Positions 50,101 to 64,000 of a stretch of 64,000 bases of DNA are shown here, one piece after another. A program made the translations under genes and the position numbers. Origin of the DNA: Octopus bimaculoides (Eukaryota); NCBI RefSeq assembly GCF_001194135.2, contig NC_068982.1, forward strand, positions 114,954,252 to 115,018,251. Direction: 5' to 3'. Each line of letters opens with the position of its first letter. Position 1 is the stretch's first letter. The notes below the pieces were generated by a model. That model was given only the letters and a program-made list of their open reading frames with translations. It did not search any database and had not been told where the DNA came from.

Positions 50101-53100
50101 AAGTCCACTCCGTAGGATATGAACTCGGAATGTAACCGAATTCTCTAATCTTTTACTTGTTTCAACCATTGGACACTGGCTATGCTGAGACACTACCTCG
50201 AAGGATTTAGTCGAACAAATTGACCCCAGTACTTATTTTTAAAAGTCTGGTCATATCGATCTCTTTTACTGAATCGCTAAGTTACGGGGACGCAAACAAA
50301 CCACCACCAGTTGTTAAGCGGTTGTGGGGACAACCACAAACACAAAGATACAAACACACATACACATGCATAAAGAGCATGTATCGTCATAGGGATCAGC
50401 TTTCCTGCTGATGTGGATATCACTTTGAAAATCAAAGAGAAAGAGGACAACTATGGACAACTGCTTCGAAACACCAAGCTTCTATACCCAGATTACAAAT
50501 CATATTTATACCAATAATGATTTGTGCACTTGGTTCTGTAAGTAAATGCCTAACTGACAGTCTGGATAAGCTTAGATTTCCAAAAAGAAAAGAAATCAAA
50601 TAACTTGTATATTACAAATGTAATCTGTAAGTGGAACAGTAAAAATATGCAAGACCTTTCTCAAGTTTAAAATATGACATTGTTTTCGTTATCTACAATC
50701 CAAAAATGGAGCTTTGTATCTTTGTCAGAAACCAGCTCCTTTTTTAGAAGAAGAATTCAAATAATTAAAAACAAGAGAACATATATAGAAATGTTAAGTA
50801 GTTAATTAATTTAATTTACTGATTGCTAGTGCTTATTTCTTATGGAAACTGTTAGTATTTTAGTTTATCAATTAACCCTTTCAGATATGAATTACGTATT
50901 TATTATTTTTTTTAAAGAAATCATGATTTAAAACAATTGATTTGGTGAATTGATAACACGGAATAGTATATCGCGTGCAAAATTATTTGGTTGCAGGTAG
51001 AATTGTGATGAACTACTGTTTCGAGATTAACCTTTATAATTTTTCACATGATATACACTACGAATAAAATTCTGTTACTGATACGTAATTATGTCAAAAA
51101 GAATTAAAATTATGATTTTCGGAATTTTTACTATTTATTATTGGATTAGTCAAGAAACATTCTATGAAAGTGTGAAGTCAGTATTAGCTTCGGTTAATTT
51201 TCTTAGTAAAAACTATCTAGTGTTTAACAATGAGTTAAAATGAATATGTTTCGTTGTTGTATTATAACTAAAAATAAAATCACACGTTATCGTTGATATT
51301 CTAGCGTACTGCTGCAGAAAAAATTCTGCAAAACTTCAGGTTTGAGATGAAAGTTGAATGGTTTAGATATGATGTTGCTTTTTGTGCTTAAAAATATTTT
51401 AGTAAATTGATATAAAAAAAAAAATGAAATTTGTTAGGATCCTATATTGTTTTAGAGATTAATTTACTTAAGTGTTCGAATACGATACTGTTGGCCTGAA
51501 AGGATTAAAATCTTTAATTTGTCAGAGATAATAAATAATAAAATAAACTATCGAATAGCTAATGAGGAATTTTTTTTTTGTCCCAAAACTGTGTCTAATT
51601 AACATTAACAAGCTACAAAAGATGCCTATTCATTCTTTTTTTTTTCTTACAAATGAGTTCTATTCTATAATGGCTGACTTTATTGTTGTGAAATGGTTAC
51701 TTGGTGAAGCAAGTAGAGATTCCACAACGAACAACTTCACGTGTCCTTTGGGTCCAATGTGCGCTTGGTGACCAATGAGAATTCTGAGTTTTTATTGCTT
51801 TCCCGGTTATAAAAACTTCAACAATATTCTCAGCCATCGTATAGGCATTCACTAAGATGTAACCAGACATATGTTACTGGGGAGAAGGAGTAACTTTTGA
51901 TGGGACGAGCAACATGCTTGGGAGAAAATCCGGAGTAGCCAAGGCCTTGGAAGAACTTCGCCCGAAAGCTTTAGCAATACAATGCCAAGCATATTCTTTA
52001 CATCTGAGCGTGAAGAAAATTACAACGAATGTACGCTATTATTTGACGTAATTTTATTAAATTGTTAATAATATTATCTAATAATATTATTAAGCAGTAA
52101 AGAGGTTGTTACTCTAATCAAGTATTCAACAAAGAAGGAAAATTTCCTAGTGAATTAGAAAAAAAGAAAAAGAAAACACGGAGGGGAGAAGTCTGAATGA
52201 AATTGACGCCTGGCGGTATCTAAATTTTGAGTAAAACTAGACGAATAATAGGTGGTGTCTGCTTTTAATGAATTCTTGAAAGTTATTCAGTCCTATTCGA
52301 ATGTGACAAGAATGTGTGTCGATACAACTAAACGCTGATGTTCAGGTCCATATATATAGATACCAGGCTTAAATGAAAATACAGCTAAAACGTTGTTAAA
52401 AGATGAGCGAAACAGCTGAAATTATTAAATAAATTTCTAAGAAAGTAGGAATGCAGATTCATTTGACTCCCGCTCTGATGTTATTGCGCAAAAGGCAGGG
52501 TACTACAATTTCCCTTCCAAATCTGCATGACCATAGCTGTAAAAGTCCTCTAGACAATGAGAATTGGGGAAATAGTTCTGTCGACAGCATGATTCCATTA
52601 CAGACATGTTTTTGAAGCTGTAGATATAAAAGTCTCTTTAAGCGATTAACGTTTTAATGAGGCTAGCTGCAACAGATATTTGGGGCGGAAATATTAGTTT
52701 TAAATATGATCAGCAAAGAGAACATCCCCCGAGAAATCAATATTATTAATATAAGTACGCCGTTGACATTAACATTAATTCTTTAGTAGCCCAACTTCCG
52801 ACATGAGAAGTTTCTACAATAGAAACTTCTTTTTGTTTGTTTGACTGATATTGTAAATCATCTGAATTAAAACCAGCTGATAGATAGTATATAATATCAA
52901 AGATTTGTATAATTCGTCAACTTTTACTGATAAATCCGGCAAAATCTGCTACGGGTGAATGAACATTTGCTCAAACAGAGCTATTAAGGATGTCATACTG
53001 TAAGTATAAAACTGATGAATCCGGAGCTCACAGCCTTGTTTCAATTTCTAGATTAATCCATGATTATTTCTAGATCAATCTAAATAAGCATCACTTAAGT

Positions 53101-53256
53101 ATCGATTTTCCTTTTCCTTATCGAACTAATGTTTTTCTTTGTATTGTATTTTTGTTCTAAATCAATAAATTTGCGTTATGCCCCTGTAAATCTATTCTCA
53201 CATGTATAAAAATTGTCAATAAATTTGATAATTTTTCTTTTCTTTGTTTCATTTAG

Positions 53257-53634
53257 GTTTGGTTCTCGAATCGTCGGGCAAAATGGCGACGTCATCAACG
53301 AATTCGACTTTTTCAATATCCGACATCCCTACTGGTCCCTTGGTCACCATCAGCATCAAGTCCAATGCAGATACTTCCGTCAGACAAGACAAGCAACGAA
53401 ATGTCAACACATCACTTACCTCTTCCACCTCCTGCACATCAGCCACATTTGTCGTTAACGCATCAGTGTTCATTAAACAAAAGACCGATATACATCGATG
53501 ATTATCCGATGTCTGAAACCACTCCAAACAGAGAGAGATTGAACAGTTTCAAAGATGAATCACATTCCCGCCAACACATTACGTTCGGTAGTAAACATTC
53601 AGCATTTCGACCAATAGAGAGACATTGTTCGTAG
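53257..53634 (+). CDS. eyg: eyegone-like Pax gene, terminal exon 5: end of homeodomain helix 3 (VWFSNRRAKWRRHQR) and C-terminus ending ...HSAFRPIERHCS*
   Basis: Acceptor ttttctttgtttcatttag|GTT, phase 0. S50 marks a Pax-type homeodomain, and WFSNRRAKWRRHQR matches my recollection of Eyegone/Toe rather than Pax6 (WFSNRRAKWRREEK). Stop TAG at 53632-53634, with an AATAAA near 53702. Confidence 0.92.
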   Translation, partial: VWFSNRRAKWRRHQRIRLFQYPTSLLVPWSPSASSPMQILPSDKTSNEMSTHHLPLPPPAHQPHLSLTHQCSLNKRPIYIDDYPMSETTPNRERLNSFKDESHSRQHITFGSKHSAFRPIERHCS

Positions 53635-56600
53635 ATGATCACTTGGAGGTTGGACGGAGTACGCAGATGCAAAGGATATTCATTACAAATAGTTTTACAC
53701 AAATAAACACGTACATACATATTGTACATTGTATGTATGTGTTTGTGCATGTGTATATANNNNNNNNNNNNNNNNNNNNNNNNNNNNNNNNNNNNNNNNN
53801 NNNNNNNNNNNNNNNNNNNNNNNNNNNNNNNNNNNNNNNNNNNNNNNNNNNNNNNNNNNNNNNNNNNNNNNNNNNNNNNNNNNNNNNNNNNNNNNNNNNN
53901 NNNNNNNNNNNNNNNNNNNNNNNNNNNNNNNNNNNNNNNNNNNNNNNNNNNNNNNNNNNNNNNNNNNNNATATATATATATATATATACACATACATATA
54001 TATACATATATACATACACATGCACACACGTACACGCATGTTTAATTACTTTAAGATATTATATTATTGAAAAGATCATTGGAAAACAAGCATGCAAGGA
54101 GTTTTATACAATTTACGAGTTGCCTGAAAGTATAGACAAAACTGAATTTGTCAAATGTCTTCTGTATTCTCTGTAGGAGACTCCATTCACATAATCCAAT
54201 ATTGTGATGAACAACGCTATCCAATTCATCTCTAAAACAATAGATACTTTTCTATAGAAGATTCCATATCATTTGCTCATCATATTTCCACAATAATTTC
54301 TTTTATTTTTACCATTCCTAATGAAATGACTAAGACTTTACCATCATTAATATCAACATTATCATTTTCTTCTTCAAAACTATGACTTCAAATGATCGAA
54401 AAATTGAAGTATTGGTTTATCTATTTTTATAACGTGGGTTTTCTTTAAATCGTAGTTGCTTCAACTTATCTACCCCAAGTGTTCTGTGAGAAAGTTACCT
54501 GCGATGGAATAAAGACCTTTCTCATTTACGTCACATTGCAAAAAATGAAAATACGTCTCAAACCATTACATTTCACACCTCTTTGTTCCAGGTTTGGAAA
54601 TTTGCAGTAAGAGAACATAACAATGCGATAACAATTTGAAAAGTTAAGAAATCTCTTGTCATAGATTTATTGGTTTCATATATTTTGCTGAAATAAAGTT
54701 CATCAAACAATTCTACTCTATATGTTTCTCATCATTCTTTTTAATGTTTTTACATTGCAAGTGTCTTGTGACTGTTAGAAACCTGGATCGATAAAATATA
54801 TTACCAGCGCATTGTTGCGATTGATTTAAGTGAATATGTATCAAAGCGCGATATAAGTGTGGCCCTGTGCCATTATCCCAAATCAATATTGCTAAAAAGT
54901 GGTAGATTGAAAGAATTGATAGCATCAGACAAAATAACTTTAAATTATTCTTGCAGTAATGATCGATATTTTTAGTTCCAATGAACACGTATACGCGCGC
55001 GCACGCACACACACACACACACACACACATGCACTTAGACGGTAGCCGATAGCGTGAATATGGCAGCATCGACACACACACATATATATAGCTGTGTGTG
55101 TGGGGGGGGGTAGCTTTTATCTTTTGCTTATTTCAGTCATTAGACTGCTGACATGCTGGGGCACCACCCTGAAGGATTTTAGTCGAACGAATTGATCCCA
55201 GTGCTTTTTTTTTATAACCATGGTTCTCTTTGTACTGAACTGCTAGGCTAGCGGGACGTAAACACACCAATACCGGTTGTCAAGTCTAGTGGGGGACAAA
55301 CACAGACACAAAGACACACACACACACACACACTTAAGACGAGCTTTCCGTCAATCAAATCTACTCACAAGGCTGTGGNNNNNNNNNNNNNNNNNNNNNN
55401 NNNNNNNNNNNNNNNNNNNNNNNNNNNNNNNNNNNNNNNNNNNNNNNNNNNNNNNNNNNNNNNNNNNNNNNNNNNNNNNNNNNNNNNNNNNNNNNNNNNN
55501 NNNNNNNNNNNNNNNNNNNNNNNNNNNNNNNNNNNNNNNNNNNNNNNNNNNNNNNNNNNNNNNNNNNNNNNNNNNNNNNNNNNNNNNNNNNNNNNNNNNN
55601 NNNNNNNNNNNNNNNNNNNNNNNNNNNNNNNNNNNNNNNNNNNNNNNNNNNNNNNNNNNNNNNNNNNNNNNNNNNNNNNNNNNNNNNNNNNNNNNNNNNN
55701 NNNNNNNNNNNNNNNNNNNNNNNNNNNNNNNNNNNNNNNNNNNNNNNNNNNNNNNNNNNNNNNNNNNNNNNNNNNNNNNNNNNNNNNNNNNNNNNNNNNN
55801 NNNNNNNNNNNNNNNNNNNNNNNNNNNNNNNNNNNNNNNNNNTATATATACATATATATAATTATATTCGGTTAAAAGCCTTGTAGGAGGCTGTGTTAAG
55901 GACGTCTACAGTTATTGGCCACCTGATTTCAACATCAGTTGTGTTGCATATGTTACTGGATTTATTTCAGGAATTCCTTGGTGTCCATGGAGTTCATATA
56001 AATTGGTCAGAGACAGAAAATGAAATTCACGGGAGGTTTTTGTTTCTTATATCATGTCCGCTTCTTGTTTTATGTTCTTATTTATCTATATTTTTTTCAG
56101 TCTATTTCATTAAACTACTTTTTTTTGAAGAGGAGCCTGTCTTCTCTCAATTTCTTATGAATATTTTTTGAATGTAGCTGACTTCCTAAAAATATATCTT
56201 AATAGAGCTGGGTGAAATGAAGAGAAGCAAGAGCGAGGTACTTGTTTAAAAAGTCGCCTGAAGAGACGCAGTCGGCACCTGTAAGGCTAAACAATTGTAC
56301 GCATGATTTTTTTTTTACAACCTGAAATTGAAAGTTTACCCCACGACTCGAGTTTCATGCCAATGCGATCTGCAGTTGAGAATTGCTACAACTTAGTACT
56401 GATTATGTTAGTATTGTCCAGTGCTTGTGTTTGTTCATCGGTTTCCTATTTAGTTTATCGATTTACTGAGGTTTTTTTCTAGCCTCTTCATTGTTTGTTT
56501 TTGTTATTTTTCGTGCTGTAGTATTTGTATTTCTTGTAATTGTAGGTAGGAGGAAATGTTATTAATTTGTTTAGAATTTGTTTGTAGGGCGTGTGTGTGT

Positions 56601-58639
56601 GTGATTGGGTGTGTGCGTGGGAGAATGTTGTTAACAGGAAAATTTATGAGTGGATTGGCAGTAAAGCTAATTAAGGGTATATCTATATATATGTATTGGG
56701 AGTAGTTGTAGCCTTAATGATTGGTACTTTCATGGCAGAGGGATTTGAAGATACTGTTTTGTGAATAAAAACATCTGCTTGTTTATTTTTGTTGTTGGTA
56801 ATGGAATTTCGTTTTCTTGTTTTAAAAAGATGTGTGTATTTCTTTAGAATTTTGTATATGCACATATGTAAAACATTCGTGCGTGTACGTGTGGGGGATG
56901 TGTGGTCATCCGGCTTTGGTATGCTTTTGTGTATGGGTGAGATGGGTGCTTGTTATTTTGTTAGTGGTCACAGAACATAATATAAAAATGAAGATATGTG
57001 TATGAGATTATGAGTTTCTTTAGAGAAAGGTATATATAACGATTTATAAGTGGTTGGTGTTAGCTATGAATTAATCAAGAACATGTTTACTGTGGATAGA
57101 CATATCTTTCATGAATGGTATTTTCATGAGCTAGATGTTTTCAGCGTTTTTAAAGATTTATTGGAAGCTGTCTTTATAAGAATGTAATGAATTAACGACT
57201 ACGTTTTTTTTCTTTTCTCCCTTGAAGATTACAATCGTGTAAAATTCGAGTCACGAGACAAACTCTCAGTTTCAGTTTGCACACGCAAATACCAAATGTC
57301 ATACAAGATAAATTTGAACTCAAGAATTTTGTCCTACGCTTTAATGATTTGGCTAAGTTATAGGCAGTGGGTAACAAATATTGATAGATGGAGATTATAA
57401 TCAATTAAATCATCCTCCAATGATTGGCTGATGTTTATTTTATTTGACCTGGAAGTAAGAAAAACAAAGTTTACTCCTACCGCAATGGAATTAGACCATA
57501 GAACGTAAATACCGATAAATATTTCGATCAGCGCTCGACCAAATGAACTGTTCGTCAACTTTTTCCTGACTTTTGAAAATATAAACATCCATACTTCGGT
57601 CAGTTATGGATCAGTCATTAAAAAATATTTAATGTGATTGTTTTAAGTTGTTATTTAACCGAGGTCACCCTGATGAAGCAGTCGAAACAATGATGAAATG
57701 TATTCCAGCAATGATGACCTCATCTTTGTTACGAGTGCCCATTGTACCTTTCTGTTTTTAATAAAACAGGATGTGATCTGGGGAAATTCTTCATCTATTT
57801 CTTGCAGATTAAATTACTGTGTAGAGCAATGGTTCCCAATTTTTTAACTTCCTGGTGCATTTTACATGGAAAGTTAATTCTGTTTTATTAATCATATTTA
57901 TGTATAATAAAATTATGAATAATACGTCTTTCCAAAACGTTCTAGTATTGGTATGGATTTTCTAGAACGTTAAATCATATTTTAAAAACTTCGTAGTGCA
58001 TGTAGATACCCCATCAAACGTGCCAGCGCCCTACAGCGTCTTGTTTGAAAACCACTTTCACAGAAACTTCTTTGTTGACTTGTGGGGTCGTTGTTCAGCA
58101 GATCTACAGTTTGAAAGTCTGTGGTGAGAAAGAAGGAAATGTAAACAAGAAGGAAATTTCAGAAGATACTATTCTCTGTGAGAATGATTAAACGATGTGT
58201 TTGAAAAGGTTGTCTGTGAGGTGATACACAGTAGGGTTTACGTGCAAAGGAAGACGGCTGGCGCATCAGCTGGGATGTTATTCAACATCTAGTTTAGAGA
58301 GTACAAATCGTTATAGCTGTAGTAGAAAACGTATAAAGAAGGTACATCACCTATGTGAGATAGCGGTTGCAGTGTGTTGATGAGGAGATTGTTAACAATG
58401 TTAGATGGCGTTCGTTTTAGAGTTAGGGAGTAAGCTCTAAAAATATCCCATCGATCGAAAGATTCTCCAGTAAGTTAAATAAGGACATATCTAAGGACAT
58501 GCAACTAAAAACGGAACGCAAACAACCAGGGATACACGGTGACTCAAGAATTTTAGTATGACCTGAAACAAAATCGTTTCACTTGTCATCAGCAAAGTAT
58601 TTGATTGAAACGACACGTAAAAACCTTCTGACAAAACTA

Positions 58640-59540
58640 CTGTCAATGAGCTACATCTAACTGTAGTCTCTTGGATCTGAATCTTCCTGCCAAATCAAAC
58701 CATCTCAACGTCAGCAGAGAGGCGCTGTCTGGCCTGCTGTTCATTAACACAGGTATTCCCAAAGAACTTACGTGTACTTGCTGCAGCATTCACTCGGGAT
58801 GTGTTGAGCCGGCTCCGATCAACGAGTTCACCACATCCCTCACAAATACTGACCACATCAGAGGGTCGGCCGCAGTCGAAGCTGTCGGTAGCGCGGACGC
58901 CGTAGCTAAAGCTGTCATTCGCTGTTGCGGGATAGAGTTCATGTTTCGAGTTTAAGAGGGAATGCAAGTTCGCATCTAGTCCCCGATCACATGCGTACAC
59001 CCTTTGGGATAGTATGATCCGCAGCAGCTCATCTTGCCGTCAGTTGTCGACTGTCACAGAGTATTCGCTGACCAAATCACCGCATCTTATCGGAACAGAC
59101 GTAGCCTAGGTTTGCAGCGAGTTCTAGAGACATGTTTTAACAAAAGCTCAGGGCTGCCTCACTCCCAGTGGTCTTCCAGCACGCCGAACACCAACCCGGA
59201 ATTTCTGAGGGCCTGTGCTATTGCTAGATAGTCATTGAACCTACATTAGATTCATCCATCCTTTTGATAGGTCTTGTTTTCGGTCTTGATCGATTTCTAG
59301 CAACTCTCCTAACCAAGCAAGCCTATGGGTGGGGGTGGGGGATGAAGGCCAATTTAATCAACAACGACCCGACCATGCAACAGGTTGTATTGGACTCCAT
59401 ATTACCAGTAGTATTCATGAGAGATCTGACAAGTAACCCGATCGTGGTTTTCCCAAAGCTCAGTTATGTCGCTCACGTTCTTCTCCTATGAACATTAGTA
59501 ACCTTCTACTTCCTGTCACCTTCAGAAAAACTCATTCCTA
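58640..59540 (-). mobile_element. Highly degenerate LINE fragment, possibly an RTE-type AP endonuclease region
   Basis: GC-richer block with broken frames loosely resembling endonuclease motifs (EVRQP; SYGVRATDSF...DVVSIC). Weak and by eye only. Confidence 0.35.
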
Positions 59541-62395
59541 TGTAAACAATTCTACTCATCATTCTTTAATAACCTTTCACTCTTACCGCTATCACCTAAA
59601 TGCAGCCTAAACAACACACAAAAAAACTGCGCTTCCCCCCATGAACCGAGACCCCAAAAAACATTCTCCAGTGAGATCACAATAATCTTGTTACCTCCAA
59701 CAACACAAAGACAAAATATATATATTAAAAAAAAAACAGCCGACCATCTTATTTTTGTCTATGCATACGCGCAAACAAAATCAACACCGTGTGTATGTAT
59801 GTATGTATGTATGTATGTATGTATGTATGTATGTATGTATGTATGTACGTATGCATGCATGTATGTATGTGCATGTGTGTATACAAGCAAACACACACAC
59901 ACATACACACACATACGTGTACATATTATCTCAATTTGTGACACAAAATACTTTATTGTTCAGATTCAAACGTGAGAAGCGTTCTTTTGACACTGTTTAC
60001 CCGGGTAAGTTTACAAGGGAGTATGTCCTAACATTGTGACGTGGTCATGTGTTTTGCAGCTGTTATTGACCTTATAATTTATTACCATTTATTTCAACTG
60101 CGAAAATATGACACTTTGTATCACGCACGCGTGTGCGCGCACACACACACTTGGGTGGGTGTGTGTGTGTGTGCGTGTATGTGTGTCTGTTTGTCTGTCT
60201 GTGAGTGAATTATACTATTCTGTTATTCTTTTCCTTGTTCCAGACATTGGACTACGGCCAAGCTGGGGCACCGCTTTCAAGAGTTTAGTCAATTATACCA
60301 ATATGTTTTAGTCTGGAACTTATTGTATCGGTCTCTTTTTATCCAGCTACTAAATCACGAGGTCGTAAACTCACGACCACCGATTGTGAAATGTGAATGA
60401 CAAAGACAATGACAAAGACGGGGGAACGCGCGTACACGCACAAACATACACACACGTATATATACATATATAGTAGCTTGCCTACCAGCCACATGGTCCC
60501 GGGTTCAGTCCCACTGCGTGGCATCTTGGGNNNNNNNNNNAAAAGAGTAAAAGAATATATACGTGTGTGTGTGTGTGTGTGTGTGCATGACACTTTCTAT
60601 CTACCAAAGTTACTCAGACTTGCCCAATGTGCCGCACAGTAGGACAAAATCTGAAACCACGTGATAGCGAAGTAAATTTCTTAACTATACACGCTTAGCT
60701 TTCTCTATCTCCTTTTTTACTGAGCGTCAAACAAATACATATGTGTATGTACAGTCTGTATATTTACTGTGAATAGTAATAATTTGAAAAGTCAACAAAT
60801 AACTGCAGCATAACTGACTTCATCACAATGTTAGACCATTCACTTGAAAAATCAACCGGTTAAACTGTTAAAAGAAAGTTTTTCATGTTCAAATCTAAAC
60901 AATACAATATTTTCTGTCACAAATTGAGATTTTCTTCGGCAGTGAAACAACTGAACAACTGTTAAATATTTTACATAATGTAATTTGACTTCTATCAGTT
61001 ATCTCCCTTTTTTTTTTAATCTTAAAATATATGGTGTCATCTTCGTCGTCATCGGTGACGTTGCTGTCCAACCTCAGATCAGTCCTGGTTCAGGGTGAAT
61101 AGGTTCGATATCGATGGAGTTCGGGTAGCAGAGGTTGAGTTTTCTCCGATTTAAAACTTTAACAAACGGCATGTGCAACTGGATCACATTTGCTGAACAA
61201 ACTCCTTATGGATTCTTGTCGCAGTACTGACACTAAATAGTATTGCAGCAGCGATTCGAAACCTCAACTTCTTGATAATCGGTCAGACATCACAAGTGAA
61301 CGACCATTGTTTCATGTGATTGGTCTATTAATCGACCAGTCAATATAAGGTTGTGATGTGTCATGGTTTTCTCCAACGTTCAAGAATATTACTTCCGGTC
61401 CCCTATAAAGACCGTTTGGTGTGCACCACGCCATTTTGCAGTCTACCGGCAAGTACAAGTTGCATATACCTTAAGTATATGTGGTTGATACCTCTATTTC
61501 ATATTTGAATTTATTCTTACGTATACATTGTCCGGGCATACCCGCACATAGTTATATAGAACCTGGTCAATGCGTTTCATACGGTGTTGATGGAATTACA
61601 GCGATATCAAATCCATCAAAATAGAGATCCCAGTCTTTCTCTGACCACGTGGCTGAACAGGAAGTCGGTAGCTCCTCGCTGTCTAGATAGTATTTGAAGG
61701 AACTTAAATGACATCGGTAGCTGACGAAGGTATGTATGCGTACGTGTGTACGCTTGTAGTATGGATGCGTGGATGTGTGTGCCTGCATGTGTATCTCTTA
61801 TGTGTGTGAGCGGAGGCGTGTACTTGTAAGCTGAAGTTTGGGTGAGGACTTGGTGGTAACAGCTCGATAGTATGAGTGTACGTATTTGTTGCATTGTATG
61901 TGCTTATGGGTGCAGGCGCGTATGTGCTAGGAGTGTGTACTTGTGCGCGCATATACGTGGGTATTTGTATGAGCTGTGAATATCTGCTGCGCGTTTGTCA
62001 GTTGTGCGCTTGCACGTGTGTGTGTGTGTGCCACTAATTTTTGTGTGCGTGAGAGAAAGAGAGAGAAAGATNNNNNNNNNNNNNNNNNNNNNNNNNNNNN
62101 NNNNNNNNNNNNNNNNNNNNNNNNNNNNNNNNNNNNNNNNNNNNNNNNNNNNNNNNNNNNNNNNNNNNNNNNNNNNNNNNNNNNNNNNNNNNNNNNNNNN
62201 NNNNNNNNNNNNNNNNNNNNNNNNNNNNNNNNNNNNNNNNNNNNNNNNNNNNNNNNNNNNNNNNNNNNNNNNNNNNNNNNNNNNNNNNNNNNNNNNNNNN
62301 NNNNNNNNNNNNNNNNNNNNNNNNNNNNNNNNNNNNNNNNNNNNNNNNNNNNNNNNNNNNNNNNNNNNNNNNNNNNNNNNNNNNNNNNNNNNNNN

Positions 62396-62690
62396 NGTGC
62401 AAGTGACTGAGCACTCCACAGACACGTATACCCTTAGCGTAGTTTTCGGGGAGATTCAGCGTGACAAAGAGTGTGACAAGGCTGGCCCTTTGAAATACAG
62501 GAAGAAAGAGTGAGAGAAAGTTGTGGGGAAAGAGTACAGCAGGCTTCACCACCACCCTTTGCCGGAGCCTTGTGGAGCTTTAGGTGTTTTCGCTCAATAA
62601 ACACTCACAATGCCCTGTCTGGGAATCGAAACCGCGATCCTACGACCGTGAGTCCGCAGCCCTAACCACCGGGCCATTGCACCTCCACGT
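62396..62690 (-). mobile_element. tRNA-derived SINE, family C (related copies about 47450-47690 -, 3650-3950 -, and a + strand head at 45240-45288)
   Basis: Shared cacagagtgtgacaaggctggccctttgaaatacagg body and tRNA-like head (ggaggcgcaatggcccagtggtta...). The 3650-3950 copy shares the ctgagtg.actggagcaa segment and a B-box. Confidence 0.72.
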
Positions 62691-64000
62691 TAGGGAGAGT
62701 AAGAAAGAGAGGAAAAGCATATATAAATGTGTGTGTGCGCGCGCGCTTAATACATACATACACAATTACTTAACAGGATGTAAACGGGTTATAAAGTGAT
62801 ACGACTCTTATGTTTGAGAAAGGACAACACCTTATAATTTATGTATATTTACGTGTTTACGTATCAATGTATATAAATCTGTATACATGCAAGACTTGTG
62901 TGAGTATGCCCCATGGAGAACCAACTTGCAACTGTTCAAGAGAAATATTTACTAAGTCGATTTCAGTGGTATTGAAAGTCCCACGAAGACCACATATATA
63001 TATTTTCTTTTAGACTAGACCAATTATAAGAACTGCAAAAATATTTGCACAACATATATATAATTGCGTGAGTTACGGAAGAGAATGTTGTCAGAGACAC
63101 AGGTATGACTGTATAGTTAAGAAGTTCACTTTGCAACCACGTGGTTTCGAGTTCAGTCCCACTGGGCGGCACTTTGGGCAAGTGTCTTCTGCTATAACCC
63201 CGAGCCGACCAATGCTTCGTTCTTTATCTCCAAATAATCAAATAGTCTTTTCCTTAATGGCATGGCAGTTTGGAAGAAATTCTCCATTTCTAAGATTATC
63301 TCGTCTCATTTGCAGTGGGTGGCAAGTGCCACAATGCATTTGTCTACTTTTCGATCAAAGGGAAGATAATTTCAGTAAATCACGAATTTATCGCATATAG
63401 TTTTTAATAAATTTGTATATAGCCATCCATAGCCATCACTCTCCAGCGAGTATGATCTATTAGCATGGACCATGCTTTTACTCATTGCCTTAGATGCCTA
63501 TGTAGTCGTGAGCAAACATAAATACCTTCTAGACCCTCTCACCCCTTGACTCGATGAAACATCAAAGCTGTAAGAACTTCAGTGAAAGAGAACGGCATCA
63601 GCATAGGCTGGTACTCATTTTCAGTCGAGTAAACCTATCTTTGTATGTATGTATGTAGACAATCCTCTGGAAAAAGAGCTGGCTTCAAACAAAGATCCAA
63701 AACTCTATCGCTGGAATCTAAAGAACAAAAAATATCACATCTTAAACTTCAGGAAAGTCTTATATATTTTTACTGTTACGCTTACAGGCTGTATTTCTAA
63801 TGTGCGCGTTAGTTTGAATTTTCAGTAAAAGAAATCAACAAACTTATCCAGGTTGTTACTTAGGCATTTACTCACAAAGCCAAGTGCATCAAGAGAAGCA
63901 GTTGTCCTCTTTCTCTTTGATTTCAAAAAGATATTCATATAAACAGAACAGCTACCATCTATGGCAGTACATACTTTTTCTTGTTTGTCCCAAATAACAA

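Noticed and set aside
53244-53501. Overlapping alternative-frame ORFs across exon 5 (53213-53458, 53244-53501, 53249-53527)
   Set aside because: They are off-frame or antisense readings of the homeobox exon, with no motifs of their own.
57665-57700. CTGATGA-agcagtc-GAAA, resembling a hammerhead core
   Set aside because: No stem II, stem III or cleavage triplet forms. It is a variant of a dispersed repeat also seen near 8760-8810.
57827-58057. caatggttccc...tttgaaaaccact, resembling a hAT MITE
   Set aside because: The TIR match is short and no 8-bp TSD is found, so it is not reported as a feature.
1-64000. CRISPR arrays, rRNA genes or prokaryotic systems
   Set aside because: None seen. The repeats are eukaryotic SSRs, minisatellites and transposons.

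Overview
AT-rich, microsatellite-dense animal genomic DNA with many N gaps. The SINE families and composition suggest an octopus-like cephalopod (inference). One protein-coding gene is supported: a + strand Pax-family homeobox gene of the eyegone (eyg) type, about 21.3-53.6 kb. I assemble five in-phase coding exons (21263-21563, 33201-33362, 44654-44762, 46943-47123, 53257-53634; 376 aa). They encode a Pro-rich N-terminus, a paired-domain remnant and an S50 homeodomain. The remnant has no PAI subdomain, and the last helix of the RED subdomain is not found in the sequenced bases, so it is either lost or hidden in a gap. The rest is mobile DNA: a Helitron helicase remnant and a complete non-autonomous Helitron of the same family, a Dong/R4 LINE in an (AAT)n tail, a Penelope element with a degenerate hammerhead ribozyme, CR1-like LINE ends, mariner and hAT relics, MITEs and long hairpins, three tRNA-type SINE families and degenerate minisatellites. 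Boundaries of repeats are approximate and were read by eye.
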